Source of the DNA: Collinsella sp.
Lineage (GTDB): Bacteria > Actinomycetota > Coriobacteriia > Coriobacteriales > Coriobacteriaceae
Reading direction: 5' to 3'
Length of the DNA stretch: 64,000 nucleotides
NCBI GenBank assembly: GCA_019419665.1
Contig: DXZM01000049.1
Span: forward strand, 5,352 to 69,351
Under the pieces are notes generated by a model that was given only the letters and a program-made list of their open reading frames with translations, was not told where the DNA came from and did not search any database. Both the position numbers and the translations under genes were made by a program. Within the stretch, counting starts at the first letter, position 1, and every line of letters starts with the position of its first letter. Positions 8,841 to 18,170 of this stretch are shown piece by piece.

Positions 8841-9719
8841 CTAAAGGTTCATGTTGCCGTGAATGTAGGGGGTGACCTCGGGGGAGATATGGTCGCAGCC
8901 CAGCTCGCGCAGCGCGGACTCGATAACGGCGGGCAGCGGGGTCTTGCCCTTGTCGTCGACGGCGGCACCGCCGAGGGTGGCAATCTTGGCGACATCTGCG
9001 GGTGCGGCCTCGATATGCATGCAGCCGCCGATCAAGCGCGCGCGTACCTGTGCCAGATCAAGATCGTGCAGGTAATCCTCGCAGGCGCGGATTAAATCGA
9101 CCTTCTCGCGTGTAAGCTCCTCGCCCGTGGGGACGCGGGTGGCAAGACATGCTCCCGCCGGCAGGTTCCAAACGGGATAGCCCCATGCGCGCAGCAGCTC
9201 GCGCTCTTCGTCCTTGGTAAAGCCGACCTCCATAAGGGGTGAGCGTACGCCGAGCTCTTCTGCCGCACGCATGCCGGGGCGGTAGTCACCGCGATCGCTT
9301 GCATTGCTGCCATCGATGACGGTGGGAAAGCCGAGCGACTTGGCGTGGTTGACGATGGCGGTAAAGCCGGCGTGCTTGCAGTGGTAGCAGCGATTAGTAT
9401 CGTTGCAGGCTACTTGGGGGAGCTGCAGCTGATCCACCGAAAGATTGAGCACGGGGAGCTTAAAATGCGGCCCCTCATGGGCCTGCCCATCAACGGACTG
9501 CTCAAACGAAGCCTGCTCGGGCGTGCCGATGAGCGGCGTGGTGAGATGGACGAGGAGGGTATTGGTAGGCATGATGCGGGCGCATACGGCGGCCAAAAAG
9601 CTGCTGTCAACGCCGCCGGAAAACCCGATAGCCACGTGCCCGTATGCCAAAAGCAGCTGTTCGAGCGCCGATAGCTTGTCTTGAAGCTCCTCTGCGGGTG
9701 CCGTGGTGTCTAAAATCAT
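8841..9719 (-). CDS. larE: PP-loop ATP-utilising enzyme, LarE-type sulfur transferase family
   Basis: The SGGVDSS PP-loop near the N-terminus, about 290 aa, and a Cys-containing C-terminal half are consistent with the TIGR00268/LarE family. Confidence 0.7.
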   Translation of the reverse strand: MILDTTAPAEELQDKLSALEQLLLAYGHVAIGFSGGVDSSFLAAVCARIMPTNTLLVHLTTPLIGTPEQASFEQSVDGQAHEGPHFKLPVLNLSVDQLQLPQVACNDTNRCYHCKHAGFTAIVNHAKSLGFPTVIDGSNASDRGDYRPGMRAAEELGVRSPLMEVGFTKDEERELLRAWGYPVWNLPAGACLATRVPTGEELTREKVDLIRACEDYLHDLDLAQVRARLIGGCMHIEAAPADVAKIATLGGAAVDDKGKTPLPAVIESALRELGCDHISPEVTPYIHGNMNL

Positions 9720-9886
9720 GAAACGATCCTTATCGTTGAGTACTCGGTCGAAAACTATAATCCTAATGCGTTACTTGCCATAAGACTTCTATCTATGTAA
9801 CGAAAGTGCAATATGCTATATACGTTATATACAAGTTTGTAAAGTGCGGTAGAGTGGCAGTAACACAATCCGGTGAGGGGACCGAT

Positions 9887-10537
9887 ATGATCAAGGCTGT
9901 TATTTTTGACATGGATGGAACGCTGGTCGATACCGAGCGTTTGGGGATTAAGGCCTGGAAGGCAGGCGCCGCTGAGCTGGGGCTCGCGATTGATGAAGCG
10001 CTGATCCATCAGTTTATCGGCCGCACGCTGCCCGATGTTATGGACATCCTTGATAAGCATTATGGCAGCCACGAAACCACCGAGGCGATCTATCGTCGCC
10101 ACAAGGAGATTCGCGACGAGATGGTCAAGACCGAACTGGAACTTAAGGCCGGTGCCGCCGAGTGCCTAGACGAGCTGCTGGCTGCGGGCTATCACGTGGG
10201 TCTAGCGACGTCGTCGCGCCTCGTTACGGCCGAGCGCAACCTTAAGATGGTCGGTCTTTTTGACAAGTTTGAAACGGTAACGTGTGGCGAGGACGTCGTG
10301 CACGGCAAGCCCGACCCCGAGATGTATCTGCTCGCCTGCGAGCGCGCGGGCTTTGCTCCCGAGGAATGTGCCGTGGTCGAGGATTCGCGCAACGGTTGCG
10401 TCTCGGGCATTACGGCCGGCTGCCATGTCTTCGCCGTCCCCGATATTGTGCCGCTGCCGCAGGACGTGGTGGATGGCTGCGAGGCCGTGCTCGATACGTT
10501 GTTCGACCTGGCGGCGGCAGTCAAGGCCGTGCGCTAG
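9887..10537 (+). CDS. HAD-family hydrolase (beta-phosphoglucomutase-like subfamily IA)
   Basis: MIKAVIFDMDGTLVDTE (DxDGT motif I), GLATSS (motif II), and K...EDS.NG (motifs III/IV). Confidence 0.85.
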   Translation: MIKAVIFDMDGTLVDTERLGIKAWKAGAAELGLAIDEALIHQFIGRTLPDVMDILDKHYGSHETTEAIYRRHKEIRDEMVKTELELKAGAAECLDELLAAGYHVGLATSSRLVTAERNLKMVGLFDKFETVTCGEDVVHGKPDPEMYLLACERAGFAPEECAVVEDSRNGCVSGITAGCHVFAVPDIVPLPQDVVDGCEAVLDTLFDLAAAVKAVR

Positions 10538-10576
10538 ACAATTGCGGTGTTGAAACGAGCGATTGCCCACGTTTGC

Positions 10577-10624
10577 GCTCAAGCAAAAGGGGCCCGGCAA
10601 TGGTCGGGCCCCTTTTGCTTGAGC
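10577..10624. terminator. Bidirectional intrinsic terminator between convergent HAD and LacI genes
   Basis: 20-bp stem GCTCAAGCAAAAGGGGCCCG / CGGGCCCCTTTTGCTTGAGC. Confidence 0.75.
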
Positions 10625-10650
10625 GGCGACTTAGCATGCTCGCGGGCGTG

Positions 10651-11763
10651 CTATAGATACGCACCGAGGTTGATGGCCGTGGCGTCGGTCTGGCTGCTTG
10701 CCTGGGTGCTGGCGCGTTCCAGCAGGAACGGCCGCACGAGTTCTTGGCGGTTGATGTCCTCGATGGCCGTGACCGCGGTGACGGTGCGCGCGGCAGAGCC
10801 GATGTGGACGTGCTTGGTCTTTGTCGGGACCTTGTTCTCGATTTGCTCCATGAGCAATTGAACGCCCTTGCGGCCAATCTCGTAGCCCGGGGGCGCTACC
10901 GTAGTGAGCGGGACCGATCCGCTCCAAGCGAGCGGGTTACCATCGCAACCTGCTACGCGTACTTGCCCGGGGACAGAGATGCCCTTGTCGACCAGTGCCG
11001 AAACGACGCCCGAGGCCAACACATCGGTCAGGCCGACGACAAAATCGGGACGTTCGTCCGCGGGGCGCTCGGCGATTTGGGCACCGATGCCGTAGCCGTC
11101 GGCAGCGGTATTCCATTCGCCGGCGTCGATGACTTCGATCTTGATATCGGGGTGCAGGGCGAGCGCCTTATGAATGCCAAGGACGCGCAGGGTGAGTTGC
11201 ATAAATGCTGCTCGGCCGACGACGACAATATGGTGCGCGCCGCGGGCGATGGCAAGTTCGGCAATGATGCGACCCTGGGCCTCGTTGTCGGCCGCTACGT
11301 AGTAGCCGGGCTCGGAGCAATGGATGTCCAGATGGACGATCGGCACGGGCATCTTGGCCATGGCGGGGTGCCAATCGGGGGATGCCATGGGCTGAACCAT
11401 GACGCCGGACATCTGGGTGCCCATAAAGTAGCGCAGGTAATGGTCCTCGAGAATATCGTCGTTATCGGCGTTGGCGATGAGCAGGTCGTAACCGTGCTTG
11501 CGGGCCTCGTTATGGGCGCCGCTGGCAATTTGGAGCGAGAAGCCGTGATCGAGACGGGGGAGGACCAGGCCAAAGGACTTGGTGGTGCCGCCCGCGAGCT
11601 GACGGGCGCTTTGGTTGGGCAGGTAGCCAAGGCGATTGATGGTCTCGTTGATGAGTTTGAGGGTCTCGGGGCGCAGCTTTTCGGGATGGTTGAGCGCGTT
11701 GGATACCGTGCCCAGCGAAACCCCTGCCTCGCGCGCGACATCGCTGATTTTAACCTTTGCCAT
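10651..11763 (-). CDS. LacI-family transcriptional regulator with C-terminal extension
   Basis: MAKVKISDVAREAGVSLGTVSNALN HTH. The start at 11763 was chosen over upstream in-frame Met codons. About 30 extra C-terminal residues relative to typical family members. Confidence 0.85.
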   Translation of the reverse strand: MAKVKISDVAREAGVSLGTVSNALNHPEKLRPETLKLINETINRLGYLPNQSARQLAGGTTKSFGLVLPRLDHGFSLQIASGAHNEARKHGYDLLIANADNDDILEDHYLRYFMGTQMSGVMVQPMASPDWHPAMAKMPVPIVHLDIHCSEPGYYVAADNEAQGRIIAELAIARGAHHIVVVGRAAFMQLTLRVLGIHKALALHPDIKIEVIDAGEWNTAADGYGIGAQIAERPADERPDFVVGLTDVLASGVVSALVDKGISVPGQVRVAGCDGNPLAWSGSVPLTTVAPPGYEIGRKGVQLLMEQIENKVPTKTKHVHIGSAARTVTAVTAIEDINRQELVRPFLLERASTQASSQTDATAINLGAYL

Positions 11764-11830
11764 AGCGGCCCCTTTGATGCGTTTCAAGTACGAGTCAGAT
11801 TGTAGCATCGCCTGTTCCCAGGGTGTCAAA

Positions 11831-11879
11831 ACCTACCAATTAGGGGCAGGTTTATTTTGGCAGGTTTTATCTGGGCAAA
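11831..11879 (-). repeat. 49-nt intergenic repeat family 3, copy 2 (inverted)
   Basis: The reverse complement reads TTTGCCCAGATAAAACCTGCCAAAATAAACCTGCCCCTAATTGGTAGGT. Confidence 0.8.
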
Positions 11880-11963
11880 CACCGGAGTCCAGACCAAACC
11901 ACCGCAAGGGTGGCGCAGCGCGCTGCCTCCTTTGCGGCGGTCGCGTTGCCTGGCCCTTCAATT

Positions 11964-12100
11964 GTCTCGATCTGTAACATCTGGACGACAAAACAAGACC
12001 TACCTGTTACAGATTGAGACAGATCGCCGGTGCCGGGCGGAAAATCTCGATCTGTAACAGCAAACCCTCTTTCGGCGCCCCAGATGTTACAGATTGAGAC
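11964..12100 (+). repeat. Tandem pair of long-stem hairpins (four copies of a 16-nt repeat in alternating orientation, 80-bp period)
   Basis: GTCTCGATCTGTAACA (11964) pairs with TGTTACAGATTGAGAC (12005), and TCTCGATCTGTAACA (12045) pairs with TGTTACAGATTGAGAC (12085). The loops are 25 nt and unrelated in sequence. Confidence 0.85.
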
Positions 12101-12130
12101 GTTTCGGCGGAGCTTGTTGTCAGACACCCG

Positions 12131-12167
12131 AACCACCACAAAGGTGCCTGTCCCCTTTGTGGTGGTT
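12131..12167. repeat. Hairpin repeat family 2, copy 1 (AACCACCACAAAGG-TGCCTGTCCC-CTTTGTGGTGGTT)
   Basis: A 14-bp stem 80 bp upstream of the ABC substrate-binding-protein gene. Confidence 0.8.
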
Positions 12168-12247
12168 TTGCCGCAGCTGGGCTGCTCGCTAAACAGTGGA
12201 GTGTCTACAATAGAAGCCGCTTTGAACGTAGATTGAAAGGCTTTGGT

Positions 12248-13129
12248 ATGACTCGCGCTGTTTCTCGTCGTGATTTCCTGGGTTTGATCGCCGGTGCTGC
12301 AATGGTTGCGGCGAGCGGTTGCGCTGGCAGTGGCGCTGACAAGGGCTCTGCCGCTGGTTCTGCTGCGGTTGCGGGCGACGATATCAAGGGCGCCAAGCTC
12401 ACCTTTGTGGGCGACGATGCCTTTGCGCCCTATCGCTATCTGGAGACGCAGTCGGACGGCAAACAGAAGGTTGTCGGCCTGGACATCGCTATCGCTGACG
12501 AGATGGCCTCGCGCTTGGGCTTTTCTTACGACTTTGAGCCGCAGGACTTTGCCGCCACGCTTGCATCGGTGCAGAGCGATGACAAGGCCTTTACCATGGC
12601 GATGAGCTCCAACGAAGAGCGCGAGCAGACCTACGACTTCACGCGCGGCTACTATCAGCCGCTTGTGGGCGTTCTCACGCTCGGCGGCGATCCCGTCAAG
12701 CGCGTTGAGGACCTCGCCGGCAAGTCTATCGCCTGCACCACCGGTACCGTGCAGAACAAGTTCATCGCCAAGGTCATGCCCGATGCTGATATTCACACGT
12801 ACGACGGTGGCGACCAGTGCCTGCAAGAGGTGCTCGCCGGGCGCATCGATGCCTACCTGTGTGACGGCGCCGAGGGCCAGTCCATGCGCGATGCGAATGA
12901 GGGCCTGGTGCTGGGCCTGCTCGATCGCTCCGAGACGAGCGATCACGTGGGCGTGTACCGCCTGATGGCCAAGAAGGGTGCCGGATTTGTCGCGGCGCTT
13001 GACGAATGCATCGGCGAGATGCTCGAGGACGGCACCATCGATGACTGCATCAAGCAGTATGTGGGCGCCGACTTTATGTGGAACGGCGACTATTCCGCTT
13101 CCGGTACGTCGACGGTTGCCGGAAAATAG
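12248..13129 (+). CDS. Amino-acid ABC transporter substrate-binding lipoprotein (Tat signal)
   Basis: MTRAVSRRDFLGLIAGAAMVAASGC gives a twin-arginine motif plus a lipobox Cys. The fold is that of family 3 solute-binding proteins. RBS GAAAGG. Confidence 0.85.
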   Translation: MTRAVSRRDFLGLIAGAAMVAASGCAGSGADKGSAAGSAAVAGDDIKGAKLTFVGDDAFAPYRYLETQSDGKQKVVGLDIAIADEMASRLGFSYDFEPQDFAATLASVQSDDKAFTMAMSSNEEREQTYDFTRGYYQPLVGVLTLGGDPVKRVEDLAGKSIACTTGTVQNKFIAKVMPDADIHTYDGGDQCLQEVLAGRIDAYLCDGAEGQSMRDANEGLVLGLLDRSETSDHVGVYRLMAKKGAGFVAALDECIGEMLEDGTIDDCIKQYVGADFMWNGDYSASGTSTVAGK

Positions 13130-13156
13130 CGAGCCGGTGAGGCGCGCGCCAAGGGC

Positions 13157-13810
13157 ATGCTGATGAAGTTTGAACTGCTAGAACCATATATACCGATGTT
13201 TATGAGCGGCCTGGTCGTGACCTGTCAGGTGACGGCCGCCGCGCTGGCCATAGCACTCGTCCTGGGCTTTCTTATTGCCGTGCTCAAGGTTTTGCCCTGT
13301 CGCCCGTTACGTGCGGTGCTCAACTTCTACACCTCTATCTTTCGCGGCGTGCCGCTCATCGTGTTGCTTTTTTTGGCGTACTTTGCGACGCCGCAGCTCA
13401 CGGGCTTCAAAATTTCGATGTTTGCCGCCGGTGCCATTACGCTGGGGCTCAACGGCTCAGCGACGGTGTCCGAGACGGTGCGCGGTGGTATCGAGGGCGT
13501 TGACCGGGGGCAGTACGATGCCGCTCGGGCCATCGGGCTTCGCTATGTTCCCATGATGCGCAAGATCATCGTTCCGCAGGCGATGCGCTCGATTGCCCCC
13601 GCCCTGGTCAACGAAGTGATCACGGTCCTCAAGAGCTCCTCGCTGGTGGCAACCATCGGCCTGATGGATATGATGCGCGCCGCCCAGAGCGTGCAGGCGC
13701 TCACCTATCGAGCCTTTGAACCGTTTTTAGTGGTGGCCGTGGTCTACTACGTCATTGTCATGGCGCTCACGGCCCTGGGCAATCGGCTCGAAGGCCGCCT
13801 GCGTCCCTAG
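13157..13810 (+). CDS. Amino-acid ABC transporter permease (HisMQ/GlnP family)
   Basis: 217 aa and polytopic. The EAA-like loop ETVRGGIEGVDRGQYDAARAIGL is present. Confidence 0.85.
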   Translation: MLMKFELLEPYIPMFMSGLVVTCQVTAAALAIALVLGFLIAVLKVLPCRPLRAVLNFYTSIFRGVPLIVLLFLAYFATPQLTGFKISMFAAGAITLGLNGSATVSETVRGGIEGVDRGQYDAARAIGLRYVPMMRKIIVPQAMRSIAPALVNEVITVLKSSSLVATIGLMDMMRAAQSVQALTYRAFEPFLVVAVVYYVIVMALTALGNRLEGRLRP

Positions 13811-13819
13811 GGGAGTGCC

Positions 13820-13855
13820 AACCACCGCAAAGGTGCCTGTCACCGTTGTGGTGGT
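13820..13855. repeat. Hairpin repeat family 2, copy 2
   Basis: AACCACCGCAAAGGTGCCTGTCACCGTTGTGGTGGT, immediately after the permease stop codon. Confidence 0.75.
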
Positions 13856-13870
13856 AGGGTGTGTGCATCG

Positions 13871-13909
13871 AGTGGTATCCAGTTTAAGATACCACTTCTG
13901 GTATATCAG
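13871..13909 (+). promoter_or_regulatory. Candidate GntR/HutC (NagR/DasR dre-like) operator pair upstream of glmS
   Basis: AGTGGTAT-N10-ATACCACT is a perfect 8-bp inverted repeat. It is followed by the near-palindrome CTGGTATATCAG. Both contain the GGTAT/ATACC core resembling dre/NagR half-sites and sit about 100-135 bp upstream of the glmS ATG. Confidence 0.3.
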
Positions 13910-14005
13910 CTTGCGTTTGCGTGAGTACAATACTCGAACGTTATACGTCTCAGCGCCCCTTGTGCGTGGACGTCTTGCAGTCACGCGAACGAAGGGATTT
14001 ATCTT

Positions 14006-15853
<1,848 letters not shown>

Positions 15854-15879
15854 TTGGTTCCGCCGTTCTAGCGACCAAA

Positions 15880-15915
15880 GCCCGGCTCCGCATCAAGACG
15901 GAGCCGGGCCTTTTC
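15880..15915 (+). terminator. glmS intrinsic terminator
   Basis: GCCCGGCTCCG-N8-CGGAGCCGGGC followed by TTTT. Confidence 0.8.
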
Positions 15916-15919
15916 TGCA

Positions 15920-15967
15920 TTTGCCCAGATAAAGTCTGCCAAAATGAACCTGTCCCTTTTTGGCAGG
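15920..15967 (+). repeat. 49-nt intergenic repeat family 3, copy 3
   Basis: TTTGCCCAGATAAAGTCTGCCAAAATGAACCTGTCCCTTTTTGGCAGGT, abutting the GntR gene stop. Confidence 0.8.
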
Positions 15968-16699
15968 TTAGCGGAGCTTGCTGGTCTCGAAGTACTCGGG
16001 GAACTGGTCCAGAACCTCGGTTTGGTTGCGGAACATCATGTGCAGGTGCTTGCTGACCAAAAAGCTCGCTTCGATGGGGTCGCGACCGGCGATAGCGCGG
16101 CGAATCTGCTTGTGCTCGTTCACGATGTCCTGATTGTCGAGAACCTGCGTTGCAGCGCGCAGCCAGCGGAAGCGCTCAAGGTCGGCATTGGTCTCTTCGA
16201 GCCACGACCACACGGTGCTGCGACATGCGATGCTAAAAATCATGTGATGCATGAGGTTGTCGCTCAAAAAGAAGCCGATGCGATCCTCTTCGGCCATGGC
16301 CTTTTCCTGCAGCACGATGGCGCGGTCGAGCTGCTCGATGCCGGCCGACGTGGCGCGCGCACAGCACTCCACGATCACCTGCTTTTCCAGATGCTCGCGG
16401 ATGTAACAGGCACTCTCGGCAAGGGTGAGGTTGATGGGCGAGACGTAGGTGCCGCTCTGGGGCACGGTGCGCACCAGGCCTTCCTGCGCCAAGCGAACCA
16501 AAGCCTCGCGCACGGGCGTGCGCCCCATATCCAGGTCGTCGCAAAGTTGCTTGACGCCCAGCTTTTCGCCCGGCTTGTAGTCCAGGTAGACGATTTTGCG
16601 TCGAATGGTGTGGTAGGACTGGTCCTGTAGGCTCGTTTCCTGCTCGCCGACGTGCATCGATTCTTCCATAGCGCCTCGCAACTGTTCTATCAAACTCAT
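15968..16699 (-). CDS. GntR-family transcriptional regulator (FadR/FCD subfamily)
   Basis: Winged HTH (KLGVKQLCDDLDMGRTPVREALVRLAQEGLV) followed by an all-helical C-terminal domain. Confidence 0.85.
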   Translation of the reverse strand: MSLIEQLRGAMEESMHVGEQETSLQDQSYHTIRRKIVYLDYKPGEKLGVKQLCDDLDMGRTPVREALVRLAQEGLVRTVPQSGTYVSPINLTLAESACYIREHLEKQVIVECCARATSAGIEQLDRAIVLQEKAMAEEDRIGFFLSDNLMHHMIFSIACRSTVWSWLEETNADLERFRWLRAATQVLDNQDIVNEHKQIRRAIAGRDPIEASFLVSKHLHMMFRNQTEVLDQFPEYFETSKLR

Positions 16700-16862
16700 A
16701 TGTCAGTTGTTAATTATGCCGCGAATCAGCTCTCCGCGGTGGGTAATTCGGCTGTCGCCCGAGAACTATTGCGGCATCTTAGTCTGTGTTTGCGCAAGGC
16801 TGCGCTCAATGTTGCCGTATCATAAGCCGTCGCAAACGTGAAATAGAAAGAAGGAATCCCAT

Positions 16863-17897
16863 ATGCAACTGGCAAATATCGTACGCGAGCGCTGGAAAGG
16901 CGTCTTGTTCTGCCTGATCATCGCTATCCCCGCGACGTTGCTCGGCAAACAGATTGAAGTGGTCGGCGGTCCGGTATTCGCCATCCTCTTTGGCATGGTC
17001 CTGGCGCTCGTCTTTCCCAAGAATCGTCGCGAACAGCTCGCCGCCGGCGTTACCTATACGTCCAAAAAAGTCTTGCAGTACGCGGTTATCCTGCTTGGCT
17101 TTGGCATGAACCTCTCCCAGATCCTGTCCAAGGGCGCCCAGTCGCTGCCCATTATCGTGGCGACAATCTCGACCTCGCTTGTCATCGCCTTTGTGCTCTG
17201 CCGCGTTATGAATGTGCCGGGTAAGATCGCGACGCTTGTGGGTGTGGGTTCGTCGATTTGCGGCGGTTCTGCCATCGCCGCGACCGCACCCGTCATCGAT
17301 GCCGACGATCGCGAGATTGCCCAGGCCATTTCGGTCATCTTCCTGTTTAACGTTATCGCGGCGCTCGTGTTTCCGACGCTCGGCGGCATGCTCGGGCTGA
17401 CCAACGAGGGCTTTGGCCTGTTTGCCGGTACCGCCATCAACGATACCTCGTCCGTAACGGCTGCGGCGAGCGCTTGGGACAGCATGCATCCCGGCGCCAA
17501 TGTGCTCGAGAGCGCCACGGTGGTCAAGCTCACCAGGACGCTGGCCATTATTCCCATCACGTTGGTTCTCGCATGCTGGCAGATGCATCTGGCGCGCAAG
17601 GCCGGCGGCGACGCCAAAAGCACGTTCTCGCTTAAACGCGCGTTTCCCATGTTCGTGCTGTTCTTTGTGCTGGCGAGCGTGATCACCACGGTGTTTCAGC
17701 TTCCTGTGTCCATCACGGCGCCCATCAAGGAGCTGTCAAAGTTCTTTATCGTGATGGCCATGGCGGCTATTGGTTTTAATACCGATATCGTCGAGCTGGT
17801 CAAAAAGGGCGGCAAGCCCATCGCATTGGGCTTTTGCTGCTGGATTGGCATTGCGTGCATGAGTTTGGGAATGCAACACGTGCTGGGAATCTGGTAG
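16863..17897 (+). CDS. YeiH/UPF0324-family integral membrane protein (putative sulfate/organosulfonate exporter family)
   Basis: 344 aa with about 10 TM segments. Contains GVGSSICGGSAIAATAP and INDTSSV motifs typical of the YeiH family. Confidence 0.75.
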   Translation: MQLANIVRERWKGVLFCLIIAIPATLLGKQIEVVGGPVFAILFGMVLALVFPKNRREQLAAGVTYTSKKVLQYAVILLGFGMNLSQILSKGAQSLPIIVATISTSLVIAFVLCRVMNVPGKIATLVGVGSSICGGSAIAATAPVIDADDREIAQAISVIFLFNVIAALVFPTLGGMLGLTNEGFGLFAGTAINDTSSVTAAASAWDSMHPGANVLESATVVKLTRTLAIIPITLVLACWQMHLARKAGGDAKSTFSLKRAFPMFVLFFVLASVITTVFQLPVSITAPIKELSKFFIVMAMAAIGFNTDIVELVKKGGKPIALGFCCWIGIACMSLGMQHVLGIW

Positions 17898-18170
17898 AGA
17901 AGTAGCTTATTTGCGTGCTGCGTGCTGCGTGCTGGCGAGCGCATTCTCACGGTGGAGCGATAGGAGCTCTTGCGGGTATGGCTTGTCCGCAGGTTTATAA
18001 GTCCCGAAGAGCTCTTATCGCCCCGCCAGGATGGCGATGCGGGGCAACACCTATACTCGCAGGACGGCGCTTTCTGCCCTATAGTGTTTGGTGAGCAATA
18101 TCGTTCAATTTTGAAACACTCGGTCGTACGACCGTCGGCGGCTGCACGTCGCTGCGGACAGGGGCAAATA

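Noticed and set aside
8727-9095. 122-aa plus-strand ORF overlapping the 3' end of larE.
   Set aside because: It is antisense to a gene with a clear PP-loop signature. It has no RBS and a low-complexity translation.
11964-12100. CRISPR-like array of short repeats separated by unique spacers.
   Set aside because: The four repeats alternate in orientation and form hairpins. They are only 16 nt long with 24-25 nt spacers, and there are no cas genes. This is not CRISPR architecture.
13811-14005. Possible glmS ribozyme in the glmS leader; an AGCGCC hexamer occurs at about 13961.
   Set aside because: Only about 45 nt separate that hexamer from the start codon. The rest of the leader does not show the P1-P4 core elements (for example the GACGAGG region). 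The leader is too short for the roughly 170-nt ribozyme. An Rfam RF00234 scan would settle it.
17913-17933. Tandem heptamer (GCGTGCT)x3 just after the yeiH-family gene, as a possible slippage-prone phase-variation tract.
   Set aside because: It has only three units, it is non-coding, and it is not positioned within a promoter spacer or ORF. It is most likely incidental.
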